Source: the human T2T-CHM13v2.0 reference genome, Homo sapiens. From it: DNA of 64,000 nucleotides. This document shows, piece by piece, positions 14,682-34,531 of the stretch; the first letter of the stretch is position 1, and each line of letters begins with the position of its first letter. The stretch lies in NCBI RefSeq assembly GCF_009914755.1, contig NC_060926.1, one strand, 5' to 3'. A model generated the notes under the pieces. The model made no database searches. It was not told the origin of the DNA and worked only from the letters and a program-made list of their open reading frames with translations. Both the position numbers and the translations under genes were made by a program.

Positions 14682-15250
14682 ATCTAAATCAATTCCAAGT
14701 GAATCCAGTGGTGTCTACCCAGCAAGGCCCCCAGCCTGGAGGTGTGGAGGGCAGCAAGGATCCTGTGCCCACCCTCTGAGCTGTTTGTCTCCCTATAGGG
14801 GTCTTTACAAGGAATGCTCATTCAGGCTGAAATCTCAGCCTTTGTTGGCTGAGCTGTGGGTTCATTCTAGGCAACTCAGTAGAACAAAAGCCCCAAAATG
14901 CCAAGTCATTCTTAATAGGCACTTTTTAAAATACGTGACTTAGGCCAATGTCTACAATGCCTTTAAAATTCTGCCTCTCTTTCAAAACCCTGTGCTTATC
15001 TTTATGGCTGATTATCTGGGGCATTTCCAGGCATGTGGAACATTTTGGCAGCAGTGTTTCTGTTAATAGATAATTATCTAAAGAGTAGCTGAATGCTAGA
15101 ATGATTCAGCTAAAAAAAGTATTCAACATGAGTACATAAAAGCCTAGAAACTTGACTGTCTAGTAATTTAGATAACTCTAGGAGAATGAGAATAAGGGGT
15201 TATAAAAATATAACTTTATTATGATGCAATTTATTATGATACAATTCACT

Positions 15251-16763
<1,513 letters not shown>

Positions 16764-18428
16764 TAGAACATTTTCAGTCACTCCCAAAGATACCTTATAT
16801 CTATTATCAGTCACTCTTCTTTCTCTCCTTCCTCCAGCCCCTGGCAGCCATTAATCAACTTTCTGTCCTTATGAATTTGCCTATTTCTATGGATTCCATT
16901 CACAAAATACATGAATAGCTTTTTCCCTTTAGCATAAAGAGTTTTGTATATTGATCTTGTACTTCAACATTTCTGAACTTGTTTATTTGTTCTAATAGTT
17001 TTTTTTTAGTGGATTTCGTAGGATTTTCTACATTCCAGATCATGTTATCTACAAATAGAGATAGCGTTACTTCTTCCTTTCTAATAAGGATAACATTTAT
17101 TTCTTTTGCTTATCTAATTGCCCTGGCTTGAACCTCTAGTACCGTGTTGAATAGAAGTGGAAAGAGGAGATTCTTATCTTGTTCCTGATCTTAGGTGGGG
17201 AAGTATTCAGTCTTTTAGCAGATTAGGTCTTAACTGGAGATTTTTTGAGTAGATGCCCCCCACATTATGAGATTGAGGAAATTTTCATCTATTCCTAGCT
17301 CGTTGAGTATTCTTATCATACCTGAGGTGTTTGGTTTTGTCAAATGCTTTTTCTGTGTCTATTGAAATGAACATGGTTTTCTTTTTGGTCCCCTATTCTA
17401 GTGATATGTGTTAATTGATTTGCAGGTGTAAACGAACCTTGTATTCCTAGAATAATCCCACTTGATTGTGTTGTATAATCCTTTTACATGTTACTGAATT
17501 TGGTTTGACAGCATTTTATTGAGGACTTTTGCATCATATCCATAAGAGATATTGGAAGTCTTATTTTCTTGCGGAGCCTTGGTCTGTGTTTGCTATCTGA
17601 ATATTACTGGCCTTGTAGAAGAAACTGGGGAATGTTCTCTTCTATTTTTTGGGAACAGTCTGTCAAGAATTGGTATTCATTCTTTACATATTTGATAGAA
17701 TTCACTAGTGAAGCTGTCTGGGCCTAGGCTTTTCTTGCAGGAGGTTTTAAAATTACTAATTTAATCTTTTTACCTGTTATGGCTTTATTTAGATTTTGTA
17801 TTTCTTCTTGATTCAATTTCAGTAGTTTGTTTCTTTCTAGGAATTTGTCAATTTTATCTAAGTTATCTAATTCCTTGGCATAAAATGGCCCAGAGTGTTC
17901 CCTTATAATACTTTCTGTTTCTGTAAGGTTGGTAGTAACATTCCCTCTTTCATTTCATATTTTTAGCAATTTTGAGTCTTCTCTCTTTTTTCTTTGTTAA
18001 TCTAACTTTAGGTTTATCAATTTTGTCTATATTTTCAAATAAACAATTTTGGTTTTGTTTATTTTTCTCTATTGCTTCTCTATTTCTATGTCGTTAATTT
18101 CCCCTCTATTCTTTATTATTTTCTGCCTTCTTGCTTTGTGTTTAGTTTAGCTTCCTGGTGGAGTGACACTTATCATTACACAATTTCCCACTTTATTGCT
18201 AGTAATATTTTTTGTTTTAAGGTCTATATTATCTTGCTTCATGATACTGTGTCATTAAAAAAGTCTATTTTATCTGATATTAGTATAACCAATCTGCATT
18301 TCTTTTGGTTGCTGTTTCATGATATATTTTTTTTCCACCATTTAACTTTGTAAAATTTAAGTTTTAAATATAAACTTTTTTTTGTTTTTAAATCTCAAAT
18401 GTATCTTCTGCAGACAAGATATTATTAG

Positions 18429-18924
<496 letters not shown>

Positions 18925-19500
18925 TGAGTGAATATTTTCTAGTGCAACATGTAAAATCCTTTAATGTTTTTCTTTCCACTATTTAAAAAGTTGTGTTCTG
19001 AGCGGTTGTTCTAGGGCTTAGCACATCGATTTTAACTTACCAGTATCTACTTCAGATTTATACCAACTTAATTCCAGTTAAATATTGAAATGTCATTCCT
19101 ATATAGCTCTATTTCCTTTCTCCCCTTTTTATGATATTATTGTTATACGTGGTACATCTATATATGTTACAAACTAAACAATACATGGTGATAATATTAC
19201 TTTATATAAATACACATGCTTTCAAGAATCAGAGAGAAGAAAGAAGAGCAAGTATGTATTTATAGAGTTTGTTATATTAACCTTTTTGCTTATCATTTTT
19301 GGTTCTTTTCCTTTGTTCTTATGGATCTGAGTTACCTTATGGTATCATTTCTTAGCCCAATTTGCCTTTGCTCCCAACTGCCTCCCTTGTGCTATTATTG
19401 TCAAATATATTACGCTTCCATATGTTATAGTCCCAACAATATAATTATATATATGTATATTGCTTTTTAGGATTGCTTTTAAAATCAGTTAAGAGAATAG

Positions 19501-19897
<397 letters not shown>

Positions 19898-20466
19898 TTA
19901 TTCTATGGGGTCACTTGCTTTCAACCTGAAGAACTTCCTTTAGTATTTCTTGTAAGTTGAGTTTTTCAGCAACACATTCTCTCAATTTTTGTCTTATTAC
20001 ATGGGGTTTTGCTTTTATTTTGTTTGTGCCTTTAAAATGATACTCATCAGAGACTTGTCTTCAGAGGTGGCTCATAACTTATCCTTCAGAATTGCACATA
20101 TTTTTTAGCAGACACACATGAGGCAAATTTAATGATAATAAATACCTTTTTAAGAATCAGGGTGGGGAGATTACCTTCAGCTGTGAAGAGCAGCTGGTGA
20201 TATTGCTTGTGGCAAGGGATAGAAATGGTTTATGGATCTGGGAAAGGCTCTGAAGAGAGAAGAAACTGAGTTGACAGTTCTAGGAAGTTGAAGGTCTTCT
20301 CATAAATTATAGTTGTGAGATAATATTCACAACGACTGGTATAAAAATTCACCAGTATATTGTTATCTTTTAATACCCTGAGCAGGTAGGTCGGTAACAG
20401 ATCAGCTGCATACTTTGAGTGTCTTAGTGCAAAATGCCCCTTGTTCAAAAATTATTAAGAATTTCA

Positions 20467-20752
20467 GGCCGAGCACAGTGGCTGGAGCTGAAGTGGGAAG
20501 CTGAGGCAGGCAGATCACTTGAGGCCAGGAGTTCAAGACTGCCCTGGCCAAAATAGTGAAACTCCTTCTCTACTAAAAAGACAAAAAATTAGCTGGGTGT
20601 GGAGGTGCATGCCTGTGGTTCCAGCTACTCAGGAGGCTGAGGTGTGAGAATCACTTGCACTTGGACCTGGGAGGCAGAGGTTGCAGTGAGCCGAGATCAC
20701 GCCACTGCATGCCAGCCTGGGTGACAGAGCTAGATTCTGTCTTAAAAAAAAA
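20467..20752 (+). mobile_element. Alu with altered 5' arm
   Basis: TSD AAGAATTTCA on both sides; GCCTGTAATCCCAGCACTTT segment replaced. Confidence 0.9.
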
Positions 20753-21909
20753 CCAAGAATTTCAGGACACTGACAGCAAAGTATTAAACAAAGCATGAGA
20801 ACCTTCTAAATGTGGAATGTGGTGTGTCTGCCCAGGCTGCTCCTCCACAAAGCTGGCCCAGGCAGGGGCAAATGTGCAGCTGGGAGAGTGAGAGAACCAG
20901 GGCAGCTGGATTGCCCAACCTCAGGGGTGGGGCCCAGTGCCAGGTACTATGTAGATAGTGCCTTTTGGAACTATTCAAGCTGGTGACCCTGAAAAAACAT
21001 TCTTCCAATTTAGGCCATTGTACAAAAGCAGAGGCCAAGTACATTTACCACTCAAACTTCACGTGGTCTTTCAGCCACAGACTTGGTCAAAGCAAATGAC
21101 CATTGAGGTTTCACCATAGGCTGGGTACATGAGGGTGTCCAGGCTGGTGTGATGCTGAGGATTTTACAGCGGCTTAGAAACACAGCTTTTTTTCTAGGTG
21201 TTTCTCAAACCTTAGGGTAAGAGTGGAGATGGGAGGTGGACCTAAGTATGTGATAAGAAGACTAGAGAAATGAGTGTTTCTACTGTGTCTGTGCCCCATC
21301 ACTGTAGGTCTGATTTCTACTCCCCACCCCACTCCTTCTTGTCACTGAAAAGTCATGGAATTCTGGAATCTCAGGGTTGACAGTGACTGTGAAGCAGAGT
21401 GCCGTACACTGGTATCCATCTCTGGGAGAGAAATACCATGCACCAATTAGGTTGGGTTGCCAATCCCAGGGCAGGACTCTAAACACCTCAGCAGTCTTTA
21501 CTAAGATTCCTAGACCTGGCACTTCCCAGCTCTGGTTGGAGGCATTTTACAATCCTAGCTGCCAGAGTATGAGTCTGGTGAGATGGAATGCTTGTGCAAG
21601 TCAGGCAAAGAAACTTGATTCTTCACAGATAGGCAGTAAGAATCAACAGGAACCTAGGATCCATGGTCAGCCAGCCCCCAAGGTAGAGGAAGCTGCTCAG
21701 GTGGACAGAGTCCCATCTGCATGTGCTCCACTTTGCATGGCAGCTGAGGGACCCCCAAAATACTCTGCATTAGGCTTTCTATCCCGGAGGTCACTGCAGT
21801 TTATCAGCACCCAGACATCCATCCTGGGTGCCTGCCCTCCGTTCTATTCCCTTTCCATCTTTTCTCTGACTTTTGTGATGATTATTTCTCTTGTGTTTTT
21901 CTTCATCAG

Positions 21910-22062
21910 CATTTATTTTAAGTTCCAGGGCACACATGCAGGATGTGCAGGTTTGTTACATAGCTAAACATGTGCCATGGTGGTTTGCTGCCCAGATCAA
22001 CCCATCACCTAGGTATTAAGCTCAGCATCCATGAGCTATTCTTTTTGATGTTCTCTCTCCCT
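21910..22062 (-). mobile_element. Short L1PA (older) 3' end
   Basis: TTTAAGTTCCAGGGCACACATGCAGGATGTGCAGGTTTGTTACATAG. Confidence 0.75.
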
Positions 22063-23118
22063 CGACTATTTCTTTGCTTTTCTTTACAATTTTGCCACCT
22101 AAATTTGCATCTGTAAATAATACAGATGATTTTACCTGTTTCGGTACTTAACATAAATAGAATTTTACTGTTTTTCTTTGTCTTGCCTTTTTTTTTTTTT
22201 TGGTTCAACCTTATGTTTGAGAGATTCATGATGTGTGTTTTTACAAGTTGTAGTTTGTGGATTGTCAGTACTGAATATATCCCATTGTATGAATACACCA
22301 CAATTTTATTTATCCATTCTACTGTTGATGGGCTTTGGGTTGTATCTAGCTTTTCACTACTGTGAACAATGTTACAACGAACATTCTTTTACATTCTGAA
22401 ACACATGTGAGTGGGTTTTTAGAGTATATACCTAGGGGTGGAGCTGCTGCGTTGGAGGGCGTGCATATCATTAATTTAATAAGATGTAACTATTTTTCAG
22501 AGTGGTTGTACATATCCCTGATTGCTAAGGCATTAGTTATGTACATGACTGATTATATTGAGGGTTTTAAAATATACTTATCAGTCATTTGGATTTCCTC
22601 TTTTGCCCATTCAAGTCTATTGCCCACTGGGTTGTCTACTCGAATTATGTATGCATTCTGGATACTAGTTCTTTGGCAGTTATAGATATTGCAAATATCT
22701 TCCCCCACTCTGCATCTTGCTTTTTACTTTTATTCAAACGAATTAGAATAAACATCTTAGTATATGACTCACTGTGCTCCTGTGTGGGAGTTTCCACAGG
22801 GGAGTTGCCGGAAAATGGACTTACTGTGTCGTGCACATTTTAAATGTCATTAGGCATTAACAATTTATTCTTCCCTTAGCAATGTATAAGTGTACACTTT
22901 CCTTCATATCCTTGCCACATGTATTATCATCAAATGCTTTCAGTTTTTGACAATCCAATAGGTAAAAAATATCTCAAGGTTATTTGAATTTTCATTTCCC
23001 TTATTAATTCTTCATTTAAACGTCTTTTGTGTGTGTGTGTTTACTTTCATCAAGTTGTTTCACCAGTGAAGATAAGAACTGGTATTTACCTTCTGCATTT
23101 AATAGAATTGATGCAACT

Positions 23119-23416
23119 GGCTGAGCGTGGTGGCTCATGCTTATAATCCCAGCACTTTGCGGGGCCGAAGCAGGAGGATAGCTTGAGCCCAGGAGTTTGA
23201 GACCAGCCTAGGCAGCATAGTGAGATTCCTTCACTACAGAAAGTAAAAACCTAGCTGGACATGGTAGCGTGTGCCTGTAGACCTAACTACTCGGAAGGCT
23301 GAGGTGGGAGGATTATTTGAGCCCAGGAGTTCAAGGTTCCAGTGAGCTATGTTTGCATCATTGCACCTCAGCCTGGGCAACAGAGCAAGACCCTGACCAA
23401 CTCCCCACCCCCCCCC
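23119..23416 (+). mobile_element. Alu (AluJ-like) with C-rich tail
   Basis: GGCTGAGCGTGGTGGCTCA...; flanks AATTGATGCAAC / AATCAATGCAAC. Confidence 0.88.
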
Positions 23417-24379
23417 AAATCAATGCAACCTGTGATCACTTTATTTGGGCAACTTCCCCAAATTCTTGACTCAGTGAATTTGTTGCAGGGCTTTTCTTTT
23501 TTAATCTCTTTTATTGGTTCACATACTAGAACAATCTCAGGGGCTATCTGGTTAGGTATTGCTTGCTACAGAGCCAAACTATGTCACCAGAACCCATTTA
23601 TATGTTTCCATTTCTTGTCTCTGTTTCCTCGGCCGTGGCATCCTTCTCAGTGTCATAATACCCAAGCAGCAGGGGCTTCAGCCTGAGTTCTTTTCCCAGG
23701 ATTCCTAGTTAAAGTTCTTCTGCCTCATTGGCTCTAATGAAGTCACATGCCCATCTCTGAACTAATCATGGTGGCCAAGGGGATGAGACGTGCTGATTGG
23801 TTGAGGCCTAGGTCACATGTTCTATCCTGAGCTGGGAGTGGATCCTCACCAGAAGTACATTTGAGAGTTTGGGGGAGGGGTGGCCGCTGGGATGAGATAG
23901 GAAATAACTTGTCCACGCTGTGAATTACCCTTCAATTAATGATATTTTCTATTTAGATGTCAGATTTTTTGTTACTAGTTTGTCATATAAACCTATTACT
24001 ATATAGATTTTTCTGTGTCCTAATCTAAATTTCTTTTAATAATCTATGGGTGAACACTCAATAAGAATGTCCTCCAGAAAGGATGACCTGCCGACTTTTA
24101 AAGCAATCATTTTGGGGCTTATAAGTATTTAGTATTTGAAGTCTCTGCCTCTTGCTCTCTTTTAGGAATTCTTTTTCCTACTGTGATATATGTAAGTACT
24201 TATAAATTTAAACTTAAAATTCAAAAAATATACCAGGATGTGAAAGAAACATTATTAAATATAGGTGTTTTGCTGTGAGTGTTTCTTGGAATAGGTAGGG
24301 CTTTGTATAGTAGGTTTTGGTCTTTTGGTCAGCTTGGGAAAATTTTGTTCTTTTTTAATTGAATGATATGTTTTCAATT

Positions 24380-25560
24380 GATACTACTAAAATAAACATT
24401 ATTGGAGTATTATTTACATGCAATAAAGTGCACCGTTTTAATGATACATTTCTGAGTTGTAATGATTTTATTTAGCTGTGCAGCCATCACCACATTCAAG
24501 ACACGGAGCACTCCATTACCCAGTAACTTCCCTTCTGTCCTATCTCAGTCACCTAATACCTCCCCTCACCTTAGGCAACCCTGGATGGTTTCTGTTGCTG
24601 GATAACAGAATTGTCTTTTCTAGAGTTTCATCTGAATGGAATCATACAATTATGAATGAAAAACACACAGGTATACTGTTTTGTGTCTGGCCTCTTTGGC
24701 TCGGCATAATGTCTCTTCAGATCCTTTCACATTGTTGCATGTATCAATATTTCATTCGTTTCTATTTCCGAGTAGCATTTCATTGTATAGATATATCATC
24801 ATTTGCTTATGCATTTATTTATTGATGGACATGTGGATAGTTTCCAGTTGTTGGCTATTATGAATAAAGCTGCTATGACTATTCGAGTACGAGTGTTTCT
24901 GAGATTTCATTTTTCTTGGGTAAATACTTAAAAGTGGGATTGTTGGGTTGCATGGTAGGTGTATGTATGACTTCATAAGAAACAGTCGAACTGTTTCCAA
25001 AGCAGTTATACAATTTTACATTCCTAACAGCAACGCATTAGAGTTCTGGCTGCTCTGTATTTGTGCTAAGACTTGCTATTTTTAGTCTTTTACATTTTAG
25101 CCATCCTAATGGGTGTGTAGTAGAATTTCATTGGGTTTGAATTTGCATTCCTCTTATGACTGATGATAATCTTTTCATGTGCTTATTGATCATATGCCTG
25201 TTTTCTTTTAAAAGGTGCCCTTTCAAAATCTTCCGCACACCTTTATTGGTTTGTTTGTCTTCTTATATTTGAGTAGTGAGTTCTTTACATATTCTGGATA
25301 CAAGTGCTATGTCAGATAGTTGTGTTTCTGTTTACTTCTGGTGTGTGGTGTCCTTTGTTTCATTTTTTAAAAAACAACGTCTTTCAAGGAGCAAAAGTTG
25401 CAAGTTTTGATTAAGTCAATTTTAGCAAACGTTTTGTGTTTTGTACCCCTCGTGCCCTATCTAAGGAATCTTTGTCTACCAAAAGGTGGGAGGATTTGTT
25501 TCTATGTTTTTTAAAAAAGTTAAACAGTTTAAGTTTGTAGGTTTGGGTGGAAAGAGGTCT
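24380..25560 (-). mobile_element. Old L1M 3' region
   Basis: GGACATGTGGATAGTTTCCAGTTGTTGGCTATTATGAATAAAGCTGCTATG; HLPCNPTIPLLSIYP on - strand. Confidence 0.75.
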
Positions 25561-27491
25561 TTAGACCACTTAGTCTTTGTTTAGGTCTTTGTTTATGTCT
25601 CTGAGATTGGCAGAGGGGAATATACAATCATTCAGATCAGGCTATTGGATGCCTTTTTCTATCTCTGAATTTTTCTGGGGTGACCTCACTGACACCCATG
25701 GCTTCAATCACCACTTATGCTGATGGCTCCAAGTCTATCTGTGCAGCCCAGACCCCTCCTCATCTCCAGACCCTGGAAGCTGATGCCTTGGGCTGCTCCT
25801 CCTATTTCCTGGGCACCAGGAATATGAGCTACTCCCTCCCCACAGTCCTGCTCTCCCCAGTGCTCCCATGTCGCTGAAGGCACCACCATCTTCCAAGATA
25901 CATGGGCCTCCCCAGGGTCTAGGAGTCCTAGACGTGGGAGTAGAAATTAGATGACATTGGTGTCTAAACAAAACACCACTGCATGGAGATAGAACAGGGG
26001 AGCCCCCTGAATGTGGTGAGAGCACCCTCCCAGGTGTGTTCCACCCTCACCCCGGGCTCATCAGGAGGGTGCTTAGGATGCATACAGTTTTAAGGGGGTT
26101 GGAGGAATAGTTCAGAGGCTGAGATGTTGCACCCACAGCTGAGAATCCCTTTCTAGCGCTCTGTGTCCTCACAACTCCCCGGGAATCATCCTCCCCTGGA
26201 GAGTTCCCAAAGCCCTTGCAGGCCTGCCTTCTCTGTGCCTTCCTGCCTGCGCCCTCTGGTGGACAGCTCCATTCGCTGCCTGTCCCATGGGTTCTGTCCA
26301 AAGGTGGAATCTATTATCAATGTGGATTTCTAATGGGGGTAACTTCCTCCCTAAGGGAAGCCTCAGCTTCACCAGCAATGGCAGACACGGCCAGGCATGT
26401 AGACACAGAGGAAGTGAGATAGAAAGTGTGCACAGCCCAGAGAGCCTGCCCACATCATCCTGGGGCGACCAGGACAAGGAGGCGTCAGCAATCTTGCCAA
26501 GCACAAGTATGAGTGACTTTCTGGAGCAGGACGAGTCTCATGGGCGTGAGACCATTGTGAGTGCTCAGGGTCTCTCCATTAGAAAGGCACACGTTTAATT
26601 CTCCATTTTGAAATTTGAACTAGAGCCCCCACAAATTATTCTGTTCTGGAGGAACCATTCTTATCAGAACTTGGTGCTGGATTGACTTGGAAAAAAGCCT
26701 GACCATAATCTTCAGGATGAAATAAAGGCCTGGATGAATGGACACTTCAGTCTCTAAGCAGACTTGCAGAAGACTGGAGCCTTCAGCATTCAGAAGAGGA
26801 ATTCAGACTGTGCAAGATCTGAGGCCAGGCTCCAGCTCCCCCGGTCCCTTGGTGAGCAGGAGCTCCCTGAACCCACCATGGGTCTTTGCTAGGGTTGTCT
26901 TGCACATGTGTGCTTTAGACAGCAGCACCTCTTCTTCCATGGTGTAGATGGAGAATCCTCAACAAAGCCTTTCCAAGAATCTGATCATCACATCTTGAGC
27001 TCAGCCTCCCTGCAGCTTTTTTTATATTGACAGCCACTTCAGAGAGAGTCCTCTTTGAGCTTTACAAGAAATATCCTGGTGTGAAAAACGACCAAAACCA
27101 GATAGCCAGCCTCCCCACTCCCTGTTTAAAGAAAGCTGGCTTAGCAATGTTGTCTGCATTTTGGATGTGCTGTGTTACCCATATGTGGGAAGAAAGAGTA
27201 TTAAGAGTTAGCAAATAGGGTCACATCCAGCAGAGACCATATGGTTGGGGACTAGGGCAATGGTGACTCCTCAGACCTCAGCTGCAGCCTGATAAACGTG
27301 GTTAAGAGAGAAGTAGGAGACAGTGACATGAAATGGGGGTTCACAGCCTTGTGTTGGGAATTGAATGAGAAACAAGAGCTTGAACTTGGATGTTCCCCAG
27401 AGCGAGCGCAAGGTCAGATGAGTTTTTCAAGATAGGAGTGATCGGTCTTTCCCAGGGTGGGGCCCATAATGCAAGACAATTATAGATTAAC

Positions 27492-27505
27492 GGGTAATAA
27501 GTAAC
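27492..27505 (+). promoter_or_regulatory. HNF1 site (degenerate), UGT1A5 promoter
   Basis: GGGTAATAAGTAAC at the paralogous position. Confidence 0.55.
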
Positions 27506-27592
27506 TGGAGGAGGGCACTCTGTCTTCAATTACATGTTGATTTGCTAGGTGTCTCAGTGACAAGGTAATTAAGACGAAGGAAACAATTCTAG

Positions 27593-28633
<1,041 letters not shown>

Positions 28634-29184
28634 TAATAGTCTTCAGTGAGATAAACTTTTAAAGGGTCAATGGTAGTGCAGTTCAGGGTTTCAATGGCCA
28701 CTGAGAGGAAGGAGAGGCAGGGACGAGGATCTGTCAAAGGATGGGCAAGAGTGGTGTGACTCACGGAGACTGTTCGTTTGTAAAAGCACCATCTTCATGG
28801 CTGTGGATGTGCTTCAGCTGGGCAGGAGCAGGGACACTACACTGAGAACTGATCCATCCAATCTTGCTGGCAAGATTTTCAGTAGAAAGGAGGAAGGAAT
28901 AGAAATTTACAATTGTTGACGTGACAATTTTTAGTGGTCCCATCTTGCAAAAGATAGAGAGGTGACCACAGGAGACCTAAGCACTCAGAGGAAGTAGAGG
29001 TTTCAAAGAAGTTGACTCAGTTCAGTGGAATTGGGCCAATGTAGGTGCAATGGATGTCTGTGATCAGAGAATGAAACACAGAGTTCAGTTTCCAGAGAGG
29101 GAGTGTTGGATTGTAATAGGAGAATGTTTCTTGTGAAGACACTACTTAAAAAAAATTCTTACTAGGTTAACTTCATGGTCTAAT

Positions 29185-29835
<651 letters not shown>

Positions 29836-30139
29836 ATTTTTCTATCTTTTAAAAGACCCTCTACTGAATCTGCCCAATTCTGTGAAGGATGTCTTTTAAA
29901 AAATCCCCTTACATAACAAATTCTCCTCCAGTTATATTTTGGCTCTTGAATAGGTTTTGCTTTATACATAGTGATTAGATTGGTGCATGTAGGTTTGAGG
30001 TTTGAGACTTATATTTTCTTCACAGTTTGCTGTTATCATTAAATAATAATCCTTAAAATACATTTTATCTGATATCAGTAATGTGACTCCTATGTTATTT
30101 TTTGAATTCCCCATCTCTTTTAATTTGAAAATGATTTGT

Positions 30140-30430
<291 letters not shown>

Positions 30431-33319
30431 AAATTTATTTGGAATGTGAAAATCTTGTTTTAAAGTTAGAAAACATTTTTTTAAAACTCCAATATGAAAA
30501 GCTGGGTGCAGTAGCTTGTGCCTGTGGCCCCAGCTACTTGGGAGGCTCAGGTGGGAGGATCATTGAGCTCAGGAGTTTCAGCTCTTGTGGTTTGTTGACT
30601 GACTGACTGATTGACTGATTGATTGATTTAAAACACAACAAAACCCAAAATGACTTTAATCTGATAGTTTCTTTTGATGTCAGCATTCTGATTCTGTCCA
30701 TTCTTAGTTGTATTCTTTCCACTGAGTGTAAGCTCATTCCTTTAACAGAAATTTAGTTTTTCCATCTTAGTTTTGGAATTCCATGGCCCTTTTCCATTTC
30801 CATGGAGATGCAGTGCAGCATCTTCAAGTCTCTAATTCTTACATCTGTCTCTTTCACTTGCAAGAGCCCTTGTGATTACATTGTCCTGCCCGGACATCCA
30901 GCATAATCTCCCCATGTCAAAACCCTTAATATAATCACATCTATAAAGTCTCTTCCACCTGTAATGGAATATATTCCCAGGTTTGCGCAACTACAATGTA
31001 GATACTTTGTGGGGCTGTGATTCTGCCTACCACAGACACTAAGCTTAAAGTGAAACCCACATCTTATTCAAAACTTGGAGGTTTTCCTTCATTTGGCCAT
31101 TTAAATTTAATTTTTGTTTCTGTCCTCCGTAGTCTTCTATTCTCCAGGCTTCAGAGCTCTCAGCTTACCATTCAATTATCTCCTTTCTCTCCTTATATTC
31201 CTTTTTTCATTTTTTAAAAACAATACTTTCAAAGAGCAAAAATTTTAGAATTTGATGAGGTTTATTCTAGTGAAGTTTTTATCGTTTGTACTTTTTGTAC
31301 CCTAAGGAAGCTTTGTTTACCCCAAGATATAGTTTCTACATTCTCTTAAAAACACTAAAGAGTTCCAGTTTATATGTTTAGCTCTGTGAGATTGGGAGAG
31401 GGGAGCTAGATCACTCAGGTCAGGCTTTCGGGATGCCTTTTTCTGTCTCTGGACGTTGCTGGGGTGACCTCACTGACACCCATGGCTTCAGCTACCACAT
31501 ATGCTGATGGCTCCAAGTCTATCTGTGCAGCCCAGACCCCTCCTCATCTCCAGACCCTGGAAGCTGATGCCTTGGGCAGCTCCTCCTATTTCCCAGGCAC
31601 CAGGAATGTGAGCTTCTCCCTCCCCACAGTCCTGCTGTCCTCAGGGCCCCTATGTCTCTGAAGGCACCACCATCTTCCAAGATACATGGGCCTCCGCAGG
31701 GTCTAGGAGTGCCAGACACGTAACCAGAAATCAGATGACATCACTATCTAAATAAAACACCACTACATGGAAATAGAACACCACTACATGGAAATAGAAC
31801 ATGGGAGCCCCTTGAATGTGGCAAGAGCACCCTCCCAGGCATGTTCCACCCTCACCCCGGGCTCATCAGGAGGGTTCTTAAGATGCAGACAGTTTTAAGG
31901 GGGTTGGAGGAATAGTTGAGAAGCTGAGATGTTGCACCCACAGCTGAGAATCCCTTTCTAGCACTCTGTGTCCTCACAAATCCCCAGAAATCGTCCTCCC
32001 CTGGGGAGTTCTCAAGCCCTTACAGACCTGCCCTCTCTGTGCCATCCTGCATATGCCTCCCTTGAGCTGGGTGTCCCTCTGATGGACGCATCCATTCACT
32101 GCCTGTCCCATGGGTTGTGTCCAAAGGTGGAATCTGTTATCAATGTGGATTTCTAATGGGAGTAACTTCCTCCATAAGGGAAGCCTCAGCCTCACCAGCA
32201 ATGGCAGACATGGCCAGGCATGTAGACACAGAGGTAGTGAGATGGAAAGTGGGCACAGCCCAGAGAGCCTGCCCACCTCATCCTGGGGCGACCAGGACAA
32301 GGAAGCATCAGCAATCTTGCGAGCACATGTAGGAGTGACTTTCTGGAGCAGGACGAGCCTCATGGGCATGAGACCATTGTGAGTGCTCAGGGTCTCCCCC
32401 TAGAAAGGCACACATTTAATTCTCCATTTTGAAATTTGAAGTAGTGCCCCCACAAATTATGCAGCCCGTTCTGTTCTGGAGGAACCATTCTTATCAGAAC
32501 TTGGTGCTGGATTGACTTGGAGAAAAGCCTGGCCATAATCTTCAGGATGAAATAAAGGCCTGGATGAATGGATACTTCAGTCTCTATGCAGACTTGCAGA
32601 AGACTGGAGCCTTTGGCATTCAGAAGAGGAATTCAGACTGTGCAAGATCTGAGGCCAGGCTCCAGCTCCCCAGGTCCTTTGGTGAGCAGGAGCTCCCTGA
32701 ACCCACCGTGGGTCCTTGCTAGGGTTGTCTTGCCCATGTGTGCTTTAGACAGCAGCACCTCTTATTCCATGGTGTAGATGGAGAATCCTCAATAAAGCCT
32801 TCCCAAGAATATGATCATCACATCTTGAGCTCAGCCTCCCCGGAGCTTTTTTTTATATTGACAGCCACTTCAGAGAGAGTCCTCTTTGAGCTTTACAAGA
32901 AATATCCTGGTGTGAAAAAAGACCAAAACCAGATAGCCAGCCTGAACACTCTCTGTTTAGAGAAAGCTGGCTTAGCAATGTTGTATGTCTTTTGGATGTG
33001 CTGTGTTATTCACATATGAGAAGAAAGAGTTTCAAGGGTTAGCAAATAGCGTCACATTCAGCAGAGAACATGTGGTTGGGGACTAGGGCAATGGTGACTC
33101 CTCAGACCTCAGCTGCAGCCTGATAAATATGGTTAACAGAGTAGAAGGCAGTGACATGAAATGGGTGTCCACAGCCTTGTGTTGGGAATTGAATGAGAAA
33201 GAAGAGCTTGAACTTGGATGTTCCCCAGAGGCAGCACAGGGTCAGATGAGCTTTTCAAGATAGGCGTGATTGGTCTTTCCCAGGGTTGGGCCCATAACGA
33301 AAGGCAGTTATAGATTAAT

Positions 33320-33333
33320 GGGTAATAAGTAAC
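33320..33333 (+). promoter_or_regulatory. HNF1 site (degenerate), UGT1A4 promoter
   Basis: GGGTAATAAGTAAC at the paralogous position. Confidence 0.65.
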
Positions 33334-33421
33334 TGGAGGAGGGCACTTTGTCTTCCAATTACATGCTGATTTGCTAGGTGGCTCAATGACAAGGTAATTA
33401 AGGCGAAGGAAACAAATGTAG

Positions 33422-34531
<1,110 letters not shown>

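Noticed and set aside
20190-20290. Possible second UGT exon-1 relic (ILLVARD...ELTVLGS)
   Set aside because: Needs several frameshifts and has few identities; indistinguishable from chance by eye; a profile-HMM search would decide
25680-27218. Short ORFs recurring upstream of each cassette
   Set aside because: Explained by segmental duplication (partly L2-derived); lengths and frames not conserved between copies
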